A DNA stretch of 64,000 nt from Candidatus Tenebribacter davisii. Its GTDB lineage: Bacteria; Cloacimonadota; Cloacimonadia; Cloacimonadales; TCS61. Positions within the stretch are counted from its first letter, which is position 1. Every line of letters starts with the position of its first letter. Of this stretch, positions 26,192-36,945 are shown in pieces. A model generated the notes under the pieces. That model was not told the origin of the DNA. It did not search any database and worked only from the letters and a program-made list of their open reading frames with translations. Both the position numbers and the translations under genes were made by a program. The DNA is taken from positions 12,391 through 76,390 of the forward strand of contig JAVCCH010000130.1 in the NCBI GenBank assembly GCA_030765535.1, written 5' to 3'.

Positions 26192-28096
26192 TTAAGTCTC
26201 TATTAATATATCTTTTATCCTCTTTACCATAGAATTCACATCCAATTTGCAAAGCTTGAAAACATCATCACTATTGCCGGAAAATGCGTAATCTTCTACA
26301 CCGAATTTTACAAATTTACAAGGCAAGCTTATCTGCATCATTTTATCGGCAATACTGTTGCCAATACCTGTATTAACGTTGTGATCTTCATAAGTAAACA
26401 CGGTTCCGGTTTTTGCAGCTTGTTTTAAAGCTTCTTCGTCCAGATCATTCGGGCAGGATACATTCCATACCTGCAATGAAATTCCCTGTTCTTTCAGCTT
26501 TTCTGCAATAGAAAGAGCTCTTACCGCTAGAGTACCCATGACAAAAAGGGCGGCGGAATTTCCATTACATAACAAGTCAGCCTTACCATATTCAAATTTG
26601 TAATCTTTTCCAAAGAATATATCACCATTTTGCTTTTTTATGATTTCCAATTTAGAACGTCCCATAGGAATGAGGAAGTTTCCATATTTTACCGAAATAT
26701 ATCTAATTACTCTATCTGTTTGATTTGGATCAGCCGGGATAATAATTTTAAAATGGTACAGATTCTTCATAACTCCAAAATAATCTATACACTGATGAGT
26801 TTTACCATCTTCGCCAACATCAAGTCCAACATGTGTAGTTATGATTTTTAAATTAGAATTATTAATATCACTCAATCTATGCTGGTTATAAGTTTCATCA
26901 ACGCCGAAAACGCCGAAATCAGGGAAGAAAACCTGTAATCTCTCTTTAGACATAGCTGCACCGAGAACGGCCGTATTATGCTCCATTATACCACCTTGAA
27001 TAAAGTTTTGCGGCAAAACAGCTTCAAATTCTTTGGTTTTAACGCTTCCTTGCAGATCACAATCTAAAACAACAATTGGAGCATTACTATTTTTTGATGC
27101 TATATCGGCAATTGCATTTCCCCAGGCAGATCGATTATCAGTTTTCTTATCATATATTATCGGATTGCCCAGATTAATGTCAAAATCAGAATTTAGTTTA
27201 TCTGAATGAACTGAATTGTCAGGGTTAAATTCATTTCTAAGTTTTTTATACTTTTCAAAATCATTCTCAAGACCAAGTTCTTTTAACGCATCTGCGAGTT
27301 GTTCTTCCGAAAGTGGAGAACCATGATATTTTTTCTTGTTCTCCATAAATGATACGCCTTTACCCATAACACTATGTCCAATGATAACGGTTGGTTTCTC
27401 ATTTTGAACTGCGTCAATTATGGAATTTCTTATTTCAACTAGATCATGACCATCGATCTCAATTACATCCCAACCGTCAGAAAGATAGTTCTCCATGATA
27501 TTTTGCGGCATTACTTTATTGATGTCTCCACTTATCTGTAATTGATTCAGATCAATAAAACCAGTAATATTCAAATTATATTTTACAGCAAATCTACGGG
27601 CTTCACATAGTTGCCCTTTCTGCTGTTCACCATCACCCATCAAAACGAAAGTGTGATTATCAATATTTTTTAATTTACATGCCAGCGCAAATCCGCATCC
27701 GGCTGAAAGTCCCTGTCCCAGGTTACCGCTTGCCCACTCAATTCCCGGAACATCAGGTTCAACATGACCCTCAAAGATGCTGCCGGCAAACCTGAATTGA
27801 GATATAGCATCATCAAGATCAACAAAACCACATGTAGCTAACGTAGAATATGCAGCTGGAGATGTATGACCGTGACTGATAATTACCCGATCTCTAGTTT
27901 CCATTTTCGGATTTTTAGGATCTACATTGATCATATTATAAAGAGTCAGCATGAAATCTATAGTTGACATTGATCCACCCGGATGGCCTGACTTAGCTAA
28001 AGTTGTCATCTTAATTATAGAGCCCCGAGCTTCATTTGCTTTTATTTGGATCTCTTTCAATTGTTTAATTGAAAGTTGAGCTTTATCTAAATTCAT
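26192..28096 (-). CDS. tkt: Transketolase
   Basis: Contains GHPGGSMS and the GDGEQQKGQ TPP-binding motif; full-length, about 634 aa. I prefer ATG 28096, 7 nt after GGAGG, to the TTG at 28111. Confidence 0.9.
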   Translation of the reverse strand: MNLDKAQLSIKQLKEIQIKANEARGSIIKMTTLAKSGHPGGSMSTIDFMLTLYNMINVDPKNPKMETRDRVIISHGHTSPAAYSTLATCGFVDLDDAISQFRFAGSIFEGHVEPDVPGIEWASGNLGQGLSAGCGFALACKLKNIDNHTFVLMGDGEQQKGQLCEARRFAVKYNLNITGFIDLNQLQISGDINKVMPQNIMENYLSDGWDVIEIDGHDLVEIRNSIIDAVQNEKPTVIIGHSVMGKGVSFMENKKKYHGSPLSEEQLADALKELGLENDFEKYKKLRNEFNPDNSVHSDKLNSDFDINLGNPIIYDKKTDNRSAWGNAIADIASKNSNAPIVVLDCDLQGSVKTKEFEAVLPQNFIQGGIMEHNTAVLGAAMSKERLQVFFPDFGVFGVDETYNQHRLSDINNSNLKIITTHVGLDVGEDGKTHQCIDYFGVMKNLYHFKIIIPADPNQTDRVIRYISVKYGNFLIPMGRSKLEIIKKQNGDIFFGKDYKFEYGKADLLCNGNSAALFVMGTLAVRALSIAEKLKEQGISLQVWNVSCPNDLDEEALKQAAKTGTVFTYEDHNVNTGIGNSIADKMMQISLPCKFVKFGVEDYAFSGNSDDVFKLCKLDVNSMVKRIKDILIET

Positions 28097-28140
28097 TATT
28101 TCCTCCAGCAATATATTGTTTAATTTTCATTTACTCTACA

Positions 28141-28172
28141 AAAAAAACACCCGAAAGATCAGGTGTTTTTTA
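28141..28172 (-). terminator. Rho-independent terminator after the DUF4476-like gene
   Basis: The minus-strand RNA reads AACACC-ugaucuuucg-GGUGUU followed by U7. Confidence 0.5.
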
Positions 28173-28178
28173 TAATAA

Positions 28179-28838
28179 CTAATTAGAGATTATTTCTTCT
28201 ACTCTATCCTTGTCGTCAGAATAGGTAAATGCACCCAGTAGATTATGTGAATTATCTTTATCTACAACTTTAGGATATACAATTTGTACAATATTTATTT
28301 TGTCATCTGAAAAGGAAAAAACATCCAATAAAAAGATGAGTTGTGAGATGGAGAAATTCTTGCTTTTTGCTGCAATTCTCACAACTGAAGTCTGATCATC
28401 AGCAAATCCTTCATTCTGGACGTTATCTAATAAATTTTGAAATTCCGAATCACTCATTGCCTGCGGTACATCAGTTTTTTCAATATCTTCCATTTCAATA
28501 TTTGTTGTTTGAAATTCAGTTTGTTTATCATTAACTTTTACAGATATGTTCACATTTGCCTCTTCATTAACTGATGCAACTGCACTCTCTTCCGGTAGTA
28601 AGGCAAGTAATTCATATATTTCATCAATAATTTTCCCGGTTCGCTTTTGATCTAGTTTATTCAATTTAGAATTATACTTTTTTTGCAGAATATCAACTCT
28701 TTTGGCAATTTCATCAACAACATTAATTGAACTTGATTTGGAATTAGAATTCCCATCAACCGAAACTGACATAGTTATACCTTCTCCAAAAGCTAAGACA
28801 CTCAATGCTAATAACCCAATGATAATAATTTTTTTCAT
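28179..28838 (-). CDS. Secreted DUF4476-like protein
   Basis: Signal peptide plus a C-terminal block (FADDQTSVVRIAAKSKNFSISQLIFLLDVFSFSDDKINIVQIVYPKVVD). Confidence 0.5.
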   Translation of the reverse strand: MKKIIIIGLLALSVLAFGEGITMSVSVDGNSNSKSSSINVVDEIAKRVDILQKKYNSKLNKLDQKRTGKIIDEIYELLALLPEESAVASVNEEANVNISVKVNDKQTEFQTTNIEMEDIEKTDVPQAMSDSEFQNLLDNVQNEGFADDQTSVVRIAAKSKNFSISQLIFLLDVFSFSDDKINIVQIVYPKVVDKDNSHNLLGAFTYSDDKDRVEEIISN

Positions 28839-28891
28839 TTTTTTTATTCTCCTTATAAATTTCTATTTTAAAAAATAATTATAATTGTTAA

Positions 28892-28897
28892 GGTCAA
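28892..28897 (-). promoter_or_regulatory. TTGACC box, 59 bp upstream of ATG 28838
   Basis: Member of the recurring TTGAC-box set. Confidence 0.25.
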
Positions 28898-28957
28898 GAA
28901 TATAATTGAAGTAATTTAATTTAATATTTGCAAGAAGAGATTTCAACCTTAATTTAT

Positions 28958-28963
28958 TTGACA
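28958..28963 (+). promoter_or_regulatory. TTGACA box, 57 bp upstream of secA ATG 29015
   Basis: Member of the recurring TTGAC-box set. Confidence 0.3.
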
Positions 28964-29014
28964 AGCAAGTGCTATAAAAAAGGATTGTTCAAATTTAAGA
29001 AAGGGAAAATAATA

Positions 29015-32000
29015 ATGATAAATAAGATAACACGAATGATTTTTGGTGATCGTGATAAACGAGAAGCAAAAAAAATGCAACCCAGGATCTTAGACATAAA
29101 TATAATTTATGATACATTACAAAACCTTTCTGATGAAGAGATAAGAAAAAGAATTCAGGAGATTAAAGAAGAAATTCAAAATGTCCTTAATCCGCTTGAA
29201 GAAGAACTGGAAGAACTAAATAAAAATTATCAAATTGAACCTGACGAAAATAAAAAAGTTGGTTTAGGAAATAATATAGATCGTTTAGCAAAGGATCTAA
29301 AGGAAAAAACACAATCAGTTCTTGATGGTTATTTACCTGAGGTATTTGCAATCATCAAGGATACTTGCCGTCGTTTAGTAGGATATGAATATGATGTACG
29401 AGGTGACAAAGAATCCTGGTTCATGATCCCGTTTGATGTACAGCTTATTGGAGCAATTGTTCTGCATGAAGGAAGAATTGCGGAGATGGCAACTGGTGAA
29501 GGAAAAACACTTGTTGCTACAATGCCATTATTTCTAAATGCATTATTGGGAAGAGGAGTTCACCTTATCACAGTAAATGATTACCTTGCACAACGTGATG
29601 CTGAGTGGATGTCTCCGATATTTGAGTTCCATGGACTTACAGTCGGTTGTAATGTAGGGGGAATGAAAAGCGAAGAGAAGAAAGATGCTTATAGTTGCGA
29701 TATTACCTATGGCACAAATAGTGAATTCGGCTTTGATTATCTGCGGGATAATATGGCAATTTCAGATAAACGTCTTGTACAGCGTAAATTGCAATATTCA
29801 ATTGTTGATGAGGTTGACAGTGTACTAATTGATGAAGCCAGGACCCCGCTTATAATTAGTGGTCCGGTTCAAGAAAGCAAAAACTTTTTTAAAGAATTAC
29901 GACCTGTTATTTTACAATTATTTAATGCACAAGACTTATTAGTAAATCGTTATATTTCAGAGATCAAGAGTGAATTGAAAAAAGAGGAGTATGATGCTGA
30001 TATTGTTGGTAAACTACTTCTGTTAATTAGTAGAGCAGCTCCTAAAAACCGATCTTTTATTAAAATGATGAAAGAAGGTGAACTAAAAAAAATGGTTACA
30101 GATTTTGAAGGTTATTATCTTCGTGATAAAAAACTGCATGAACTGGATGAAGAACTTTTTTATGTTGTTGAAGAAAGGCAAAATAGTGTGGAATTGAGTG
30201 AGAAGGGAAATAGCTTAATTGCAAAAAAAGAACCGGATCTATTTGTAATGAACAACCTTGATGAAATTCTTAATGAGATAGATTCAGAAGAGAATTTATC
30301 ATCCAATCAAAAAACAAGTAAAAAAGAAGAAGAAACATATAAATTCATGGATAAAAGTGAAAAGCTGCATAATATTAAACAGCTGCTTAAAGCTTATGTA
30401 TTATTTGAAAAAGAAGTTGATTATGTAGTTGTAGATAATAAAGTTATGATCGTTGATCAATTTACCGGAAGGATGATGCAGGGCAGAAGATTCAGTGATG
30501 GTCTTCATCAAGCACTTGAAGCAAAAGAGAAGGTAAAGATTGAGGAAGCAACTCAAACTTTTGCGACCATTACTCTCCAAAATTATTTCCGTATGTATGA
30601 CAAGCTTGCCGGAATGACAGGAACGGCTATAACTGAAGAAGCTGAATTCGCAGAGATCTATAATTTACCTGTAAGTGTTATCCCTACAAATCGTCCTATT
30701 TCTCGTATAGATCATAATGATGTGATCTATCTCACAAAAAATGAAAAATATCAAGCTATACAGGATGAGATCGAATATTGGTATGAAATGAAAAAACCGG
30801 TCCTGGTTGGAACTGTATCTGTAGAGGTTTCAGAGACTCTTGCCCGTCTTCTTAGAAGAAGGAACATAAAACACAATGTACTAAATGCAAAATATCACGA
30901 GCAGGAAGCGGAGATCATTAAATCTGCTGGTAACCCCGGAGCAGTAACTATTGCGACAAATATGGCTGGTAGAGGAACTGATATTAAACTTGGTGAGTCG
31001 GTTGTTACTCAAGAAAAGAATAAATATATTGGAATAACAGATAAAGTTTCGGAGGAACATCCTTACGGTCTACCTGACGATGGTTTGCACGTTATCGGAA
31101 CAGAGCGTCATGAAAGTCGCAGGATCGACAGGCAGCTTCGCGGGCGTAGTGGTAGGCAGGGAGATCCGGGAACATCAAGATTTTATTTATCTTTAGAAGA
31201 TAATCTTATGCGTCTATTCGGCTCAGAAAAAATTGGTCCAATGATGGTTAAAATGGGTTTGAAAAAAGGAGAAGCTATTGTTCACCCTTGGATGACATCA
31301 GCAGTTGGAAAAGCTCAAAAGAGAGTGGAATCCTATAACTTTGAAAGTAGGAAACAATTAATAAAATATGATGAAGTCATGAATCAGCAGCGTAATGTGA
31401 TCTATAACTATCGTCGAAATGTTCTTAAAGGTTATGATTTAAAATTTGAGATTATTGAAATGATCAAAGATACAATTGCTGATATGGTTGATAGCATCAT
31501 TGATGATGAGAATTATGCAGAAAATTGGAATATAACAGAAATTTTAAACTGGATACGTACAAATTTAAATGTAGTTTTAAACGAAAATGATATTAAAACC
31601 CCAAGAATGAACTATGAAACATTACTTGAGAATCTGTATGAATATGTTCTAAAAGCTTATCAGAAAAGGGAAGATGATCTTTCTTCTGAACAATTACGTG
31701 AAATAGAAAGACGTGTTCTTCTCAGTGTTGTTGATGAATTGTGGAGAGACCATTTACATGAAATGGATCTTTTAAAAGATGGTATTGGCTTGAGAGCATA
31801 TGGACAAAAGGATCCGTTAATAGAATATAAGAAGGAATCTTTTGGTTTATTCCAGACTTTAGTTTCCAACATAAATGTGAGTGTTGCAAAAAAAGTCTTT
31901 ACAACTTATATAATTGCTCCAGAAAAGATACAAGATTTTCTGGAGATGGCTAAACAGCGCCATGAATCAAGTTCTGCATTTGATACTTCGAAACCAAAAG

Positions 32001-32137
32001 AACCAAATGTAGCCACAAATGCACCAGAAAAACAGAAACTTCAACCTCGTTCAGTTGGAGAAAAGATCGGTAGAAATGATCCGTGTCCATGCGGAAGCGG
32101 GAAAAAATATAAAAAATGTTGTGGTAAAATATCATAG
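29015..32137 (+). CDS. secA: Preprotein translocase ATPase SecA
   Basis: Contains MATGEGKTLVATMP, DEVDSVLIDEARTPLIISG and the C-terminal zinc motif CPCGSGKKYKKCCG. MINKITRMIFG is a typical SecA N-terminus, so I prefer ATG 29015 to the TTG at 28928. Confidence 0.95.
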   Translation: MINKITRMIFGDRDKREAKKMQPRILDINIIYDTLQNLSDEEIRKRIQEIKEEIQNVLNPLEEELEELNKNYQIEPDENKKVGLGNNIDRLAKDLKEKTQSVLDGYLPEVFAIIKDTCRRLVGYEYDVRGDKESWFMIPFDVQLIGAIVLHEGRIAEMATGEGKTLVATMPLFLNALLGRGVHLITVNDYLAQRDAEWMSPIFEFHGLTVGCNVGGMKSEEKKDAYSCDITYGTNSEFGFDYLRDNMAISDKRLVQRKLQYSIVDEVDSVLIDEARTPLIISGPVQESKNFFKELRPVILQLFNAQDLLVNRYISEIKSELKKEEYDADIVGKLLLLISRAAPKNRSFIKMMKEGELKKMVTDFEGYYLRDKKLHELDEELFYVVEERQNSVELSEKGNSLIAKKEPDLFVMNNLDEILNEIDSEENLSSNQKTSKKEEETYKFMDKSEKLHNIKQLLKAYVLFEKEVDYVVVDNKVMIVDQFTGRMMQGRRFSDGLHQALEAKEKVKIEEATQTFATITLQNYFRMYDKLAGMTGTAITEEAEFAEIYNLPVSVIPTNRPISRIDHNDVIYLTKNEKYQAIQDEIEYWYEMKKPVLVGTVSVEVSETLARLLRRRNIKHNVLNAKYHEQEAEIIKSAGNPGAVTIATNMAGRGTDIKLGESVVTQEKNKYIGITDKVSEEHPYGLPDDGLHVIGTERHESRRIDRQLRGRSGRQGDPGTSRFYLSLEDNLMRLFGSEKIGPMMVKMGLKKGEAIVHPWMTSAVGKAQKRVESYNFESRKQLIKYDEVMNQQRNVIYNYRRNVLKGYDLKFEIIEMIKDTIADMVDSIIDDENYAENWNITEILNWIRTNLNVVLNENDIKTPRMNYETLLENLYEYVLKAYQKREDDLSSEQLREIERRVLLSVVDELWRDHLHEMDLLKDGIGLRAYGQKDPLIEYKKESFGLFQTLVSNINVSVAKKVFTTYIIAPEKIQDFLEMAKQRHESSSAFDTSKPKEPNVATNAPEKQKLQPRSVGEKIGRNDPCPCGSGKKYKKCCGKIS

Positions 32138-32158
32138 AAATAATATGCAGGAAAGAAA

Positions 32159-32578
32159 ATGTCTGAAATAGGTTCAAAGGAATTTTTAAAAACGATATTC
32201 GCAGAAAGGCCAGTTCGAAAAGAGCTCAAGAAGCTGGGACTATCTGAGAAGGAGCTGGATAAATTAATGGATTCAATAATCGTTCGTCAAGAGTCAAAAA
32301 ATTATAATAGAATATTAGCAGAAGATGAGCGGAGAATAATTTCCCCAGATGGTTTCGGGTATCTTATCCATCTGCTTAAACTGGGCTCAATAGATAAAGA
32401 TACATTCGAAAAAATAATAGTTCTTTCCATTCAGTTAAATGGATATTTAAAAAAAATAATTAATAAAGAAATGATCGATAACATTGTTAACTACATCATT
32501 TTCTCAGGAATTGAAGATGTCTCTGTAAGAGATTTACTAGACTTATTCATCATCCATGAGAGTGAAATAAATTTTTAA
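32159..32578 (+). CDS. Small hypothetical protein, Smg/DUF494-like
   Basis: RILAEDERRIISPDGFGYLIHLLKLG resembles the Smg core (RIYTPEE..RL......GFLLFLEQ). The position next to topA is consistent with that family. Confidence 0.4.
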   Translation: MSEIGSKEFLKTIFAERPVRKELKKLGLSEKELDKLMDSIIVRQESKNYNRILAEDERRIISPDGFGYLIHLLKLGSIDKDTFEKIIVLSIQLNGYLKKIINKEMIDNIVNYIIFSGIEDVSVRDLLDLFIIHESEINF

Positions 32579-32595
32579 AGAAGAGATAAATTAAT

Positions 32596-34812
32596 ATGGG
32601 AAAAAATCTAATTATTGTCGAGTCACCAGCTAAAGCAAAAACAATCAGTAAGTTTTTGCAGGATAAATATACTATAAAGGCTTCTAATGGGCACATACGT
32701 GATCTTCCAAAGAGAAGTTTTGGGGTTGATCCCAAAGATAACTTCAAGGCTCAATATGTTGTAGATCCTGCCAAAAAAAAGATCATAAAAGAATTAAAGG
32801 AAGCTGCACAGAAAGCCGATAGTATATATCTTGCATCAGACCATGACCGGGAAGGGGAAGCAATAGCCTGGCATCTTACGCAGGTTCTTAAAAAAGAAAT
32901 TAAAGGTAAACCGGTACATCGAATTCTCTTTAATGAGATCACAAAAGATGCAATTATAAAAGCTATGGATAATCCAGGTGAAATTGATCAGAAAAAGGTT
33001 GATTCACAGCAGGCAAGAAGGATTCTGGATAGGATTGTAGGTTATAATATAAGTCCGATCTTGTGGAAGATAGTAACAAAGAATCTCAGTGCTGGAAGAG
33101 TTCAATCTGTTGCTCTTAGAATGATATGTGAACGTGAAGAAGAGATAAATAAATTCGTACCGGTAGAATCATGGAACGTATCTGCTTTATTGTATAAGGA
33201 TAAACTTCCAGAATTTAAAGCAGCTTTGAAAAAATGGAAGGGGAAGAAACCTGAATTCAAAACTCAAAAAGATGCACAAGTTCTACTGGACGCAATTAAA
33301 AAAGATGAATATAAAATTGATTCGATCAAGCAATCTGTAAGATCAATTAATCCGGGACCTCCATATATAACAAGCACCTTACAGCAGGATTCTGCAAGAG
33401 TATTAAATTTCTCAGCTAAAAAAACAATGATGATCGCACAACAGCTTTATGAAGGTGTAGAACTGGCTAAAGGAGCTGTTGGACTGATCACTTATATGCG
33501 TACAGATTCGCTGCGAGTTTCTACGGAAGCGGTAAATTCCTCCAGGAAAATGATTACTGAACGATTTGGTGAAAATAAACTAAATCCTAAAGCAAGATAT
33601 TATAAAAACAAGAATTCAGCTCAAGATGCTCATGAAGCTGTAAGACCTACAAATTCTTTTCATACTCCGGAAAGTTTGCACTCATATCTCTCAAAAGATC
33701 AAATGAATTTATATACTCTTATCTGGCAGAAATTTATAGCAACACAGATGCTGCCAGTTAAAATGAGTAATAAAGAAATTACAATTAAAATAGGTGAAGC
33801 GATCTTTAGTGCCTCAGGAAGTTCGATTGAAAATAGAGGTTTCTTAGAAGTTTTTCCGCATACAAAAGTTATTTTAGGTGAAAACATTGATAATGGTTAT
33901 TTGAGCGGGGATGTTTTAACCACAAAAGAGACTTCCTCAAAACAGAATTTCACAAAACCACCCGCAAGATATACTGAAGCTCTTCTGATAAAAGAATTAG
34001 AATCAAAAGGGATTGGACGACCATCTACATATGCTGCAATAACAAATACCATAAGACTTAGAAAATATGTGTTCATAAAAGCTAAAAGATTCCATCCAAC
34101 TGAACTAGGTTCAACAGTTAATAAGCTCCTGGTTTCAAATTTCAATGAATTTTTTAATGTTAAGTTTACTGCTTCTATGGAAGATAGTTTAGACCAGGTA
34201 GTATTTGGTAAAGTGGAATGGAATAAACTTCTCAAACAATATTATGAATCGCTAAACGGTCTGATTTCTGAACTTGATTTTAAAAAAGCAAAAGCTGATC
34301 TAACTGAAACAACGGACATAAAATGTGAAAAGTGTGGAAGTCCAATGATCTTAAAATGGGGAAAGAATGGCCAGTTTTTAGCCTGTTCAAACTTCCCTGA
34401 ATGTAAAAATATTAAGAATTTTACTAGAAGTGAAGATGGTAAAATTGAGATCCTGAAACCTGAAACCCTTGATAGAAAGTGTCCCAAGTGTGGTGCTGAC
34501 CTATTGTTGAAAGAAGGTAAATTTGGTAAATTTATCGCTTGTTCAAACTTTCCTAAGTGTAAACATACAGAGCCCTTTACTATAGGGATAAAATGTCCTG
34601 AATGTGAAGATGGATTCATAACTGAGAAGAAGAATAGCAAAGGAAGATATTTCTATTCATGTTCAAATTACCCGAAATGTAAATTTTTAACCAATAATAA
34701 ACCCGTAGATATTATCTGCCCTGAATGCGGAAATTATTATATGGAAGAGAAAAAAAGCAGGGATAAGGGTGCGTTCAAAGAATGTCCGAAATGTAAGGCA
34801 ATAGTTTATTAA
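32596..34812 (+). CDS. topA: DNA topoisomerase I with four C-terminal C4 zinc ribbons
   Basis: Toprim LIIVESPAKAKTI, active-site Tyr context GLITYMRTDS, and four CxxC...CxxxxC units. Confidence 0.95.
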   Translation: MGKNLIIVESPAKAKTISKFLQDKYTIKASNGHIRDLPKRSFGVDPKDNFKAQYVVDPAKKKIIKELKEAAQKADSIYLASDHDREGEAIAWHLTQVLKKEIKGKPVHRILFNEITKDAIIKAMDNPGEIDQKKVDSQQARRILDRIVGYNISPILWKIVTKNLSAGRVQSVALRMICEREEEINKFVPVESWNVSALLYKDKLPEFKAALKKWKGKKPEFKTQKDAQVLLDAIKKDEYKIDSIKQSVRSINPGPPYITSTLQQDSARVLNFSAKKTMMIAQQLYEGVELAKGAVGLITYMRTDSLRVSTEAVNSSRKMITERFGENKLNPKARYYKNKNSAQDAHEAVRPTNSFHTPESLHSYLSKDQMNLYTLIWQKFIATQMLPVKMSNKEITIKIGEAIFSASGSSIENRGFLEVFPHTKVILGENIDNGYLSGDVLTTKETSSKQNFTKPPARYTEALLIKELESKGIGRPSTYAAITNTIRLRKYVFIKAKRFHPTELGSTVNKLLVSNFNEFFNVKFTASMEDSLDQVVFGKVEWNKLLKQYYESLNGLISELDFKKAKADLTETTDIKCEKCGSPMILKWGKNGQFLACSNFPECKNIKNFTRSEDGKIEILKPETLDRKCPKCGADLLLKEGKFGKFIACSNFPKCKHTEPFTIGIKCPECEDGFITEKKNSKGRYFYSCSNYPKCKFLTNNKPVDIICPECGNYYMEEKKSRDKGAFKECPKCKAIVY

Positions 34813-34822
34813 GTGAGTTAAC

Positions 34823-36088
34823 ATGCATTTTTCAGAAAGTTTGAGTAGTAGTGTTCAGAATATATTTACTCATAAATTAAGATCATTTCTTACTTTGCTT
34901 GGAATTATTATTGGCGTTTTCGCCGTTGTTACTATGTTTTCCACAATATATGGAATGAAAACACTGATAAACGACAGAATGAAAGAAATGGGTTGGAATA
35001 ACTCTCTTATTATTTATCCTTCCAGCGGGGAGGAGAATATTTCAAGTCGCAGAAGACACCGTTTTAGAAACATTCAAAGAGAAGCAAAACCATTAACCTT
35101 TGAAGATTATATTCTTATCAGAAAAAATGTTAAATCGAAATATATTTATGGTTATATAGCGAATTGGCAAAAATATCATTTTAATGAAAAAGAAGAAAAT
35201 GTGAATCTAAAAGCGACAAATAATGAATTTTTTGAAAGTAAAACATATATCATAAAATCCGGCAGGTATTTCAACTCTTTTGAGAGTTTGAATTCACTTA
35301 AGGTTTGTATTGTTGGTTATCATTTTGCCAATAAATACTTAGGGGATAAGAATCCATTAGGAAAGAAAATCAATATTGGGAATAATCAATTCAGGATTAT
35401 TGGAGTATTGGATCAGGATAAGTTAAACTCAAAAGGAATGAATTTTAATTCGTGGGAAAGACGTCGTGATCTTGAGTCAGTTTACATACCTCTTTTAACA
35501 GGTTCAAGGCTTTTAAGATCAAATAAAGCGATAGATTATCTTTACCTGCAAGCAGACACTGAAAAAGATTTTACAGATATGAAAAATGCTGTTCGGCAAA
35601 ATTTACTTGTAAATCATAAAATGAATCATGATTTTTCATTTAACAATATTGGCGCAATGATGATGAATATCACGAAAGAGATAAACGACATGATGAAGAA
35701 GTGGAATATAACTCTATCCGCAATTGCATCTATTTCACTGATCGTTGGTGGAATTGGCTTGTTCAGCACACTATTAATCTCAATAAATGAGCGGATGAAA
35801 GAGATAGGGATCAGAAAGAGTATTGGTGCAACAAACCGTGATATTTTTCTGCTTTTCATCTTAGAAGCAATCACCCTTTCTCTCTTCGGAGCTTTCATCG
35901 GAATATTCTTTTCCAGTTTATTAGTTAAAGTAATTACAGTGCTCTTAAAATTTCATTTTCCTATCCCGATCGAAGGTATTATGCTTGGAATTGCTTTTTC
36001 CTTATTTATCGGTCTGGCTTCAGGAATTTATCCTGCCTACAAAGCATCAAAGATAGATCCGATAAAAGCAATCTACTATTTCGAATAG
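34823..36088 (+). CDS. ABC-transporter permease, MacB/FtsX family (no adjacent ATPase)
   Basis: Layout is an N-terminal TM, a large periplasmic domain and a C-terminal FtsX-type 3-TM bundle with GIRKSIGATNRDI. Confidence 0.8.
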   Translation: MHFSESLSSSVQNIFTHKLRSFLTLLGIIIGVFAVVTMFSTIYGMKTLINDRMKEMGWNNSLIIYPSSGEENISSRRRHRFRNIQREAKPLTFEDYILIRKNVKSKYIYGYIANWQKYHFNEKEENVNLKATNNEFFESKTYIIKSGRYFNSFESLNSLKVCIVGYHFANKYLGDKNPLGKKINIGNNQFRIIGVLDQDKLNSKGMNFNSWERRRDLESVYIPLLTGSRLLRSNKAIDYLYLQADTEKDFTDMKNAVRQNLLVNHKMNHDFSFNNIGAMMMNITKEINDMMKKWNITLSAIASISLIVGGIGLFSTLLISINERMKEIGIRKSIGATNRDIFLLFILEAITLSLFGAFIGIFFSSLLVKVITVLLKFHFPIPIEGIMLGIAFSLFIGLASGIYPAYKASKIDPIKAIYYFE

Positions 36089-36106
36089 ACTTAACTGATA
36101 TTTAAA

Positions 36107-36112
36107 TTGACA
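36107..36112 (+). promoter_or_regulatory. TTGACA box, 60 bp upstream of ATG 36167
   Basis: Member of the recurring TTGAC-box set. Confidence 0.25.
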
Positions 36113-36166
36113 AATAATTTGATCAGAACAAATTATTTCCGCATTCGAATAACGAGGAGGAAAAAA

Positions 36167-36898
36167 ATGAAAAAGATTTCAATATTATTTTTAATTTTAT
36201 CTTTAAGTTTACTTGGATTTATTGCTGGTTGCGGTAAAGATGATGATGAAGGCGGCACTACAGATCCCTCAATAAATCCCAATGATTACAATTATTATGT
36301 TGTGGTCTCTGGTAGTGTGGGAGAAGATAATTACATTATAAACATTACTCCAATGGCAAATAATCTAATTATTCAAACACTGGAACTTACTGTAAACGAT
36401 AGTGCGGTTACTATGACAAATTTCTTATCAATGTGGACTGGATATTGTACTATGTCGGAAGGTGCATCATATCAATTAGATATAATCCTTAATGGTATTG
36501 ATTATTCTTTCAATATTAATATTCCATATACACCTGCTGTTATGTGGCCAGATGAATGGATCATTACTGAATCGACTAACATTACATGGAATCTTACTTC
36601 TAATGCAGAATATCAGGATATCTACGCATCAGCTAATGATGGTGTAATATATGAAGCACAATATGCAGACCTGAATGCTTCAGATCGTTCATTTACGGTT
36701 CCAGCAAATTGGGTTAGCTCAACCCTTACAGAATATAACCTTTTATTAATGGAAATGAATTTTTCTTTTGATAATGATATGATCGTATCATGCATGGCTG
36801 CCAATGAACATGATTATTATCCTGCTCCAGAAATAAGATACAATGATAAGATCAAGATTTCAAAGGAAATTTTTAATAAATTTGTTATTAAAGAATAA
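36167..36898 (+). CDS. Lipoprotein of unknown function
   Basis: GAGGAGG lies 6 nt before ATG 36167, with the lipobox LLGFIAGC. The upstream extension to 36107 has no support. Confidence 0.5.
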   Translation: MKKISILFLILSLSLLGFIAGCGKDDDEGGTTDPSINPNDYNYYVVVSGSVGEDNYIINITPMANNLIIQTLELTVNDSAVTMTNFLSMWTGYCTMSEGASYQLDIILNGIDYSFNINIPYTPAVMWPDEWIITESTNITWNLTSNAEYQDIYASANDGVIYEAQYADLNASDRSFTVPANWVSSTLTEYNLLLMEMNFSFDNDMIVSCMAANEHDYYPAPEIRYNDKIKISKEIFNKFVIKE

Positions 36899-36911
36899 AT
36901 TACAAATTAAG

Positions 36912-36945
36912 AAAAAAGGCTGCTAACTCAGCAGCCTTTTTTTGT
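36912..36945. terminator. Bidirectional rho-independent terminator between convergent genes
   Basis: AAAAAAGGCTGC-taactca-GCAGCCTTTTTTT. Confidence 0.7.

Noticed and set aside
28928-29014. A 29-codon in-frame N-terminal extension of secA from a TTG.
   Set aside because: It has no ribosome-binding site. A conserved SecA N-terminus (MINKITRMIFG) begins at ATG 29015, after AAGGGAAAA, and the TTGACA box sits inside the extension.
33897-34640. Two antisense ORFs (112 and 132 aa) inside topA.
   Set aside because: Nested in a confidently identified gene. They are typical antisense frames of an AT-rich, Lys/Glu-rich coding region.
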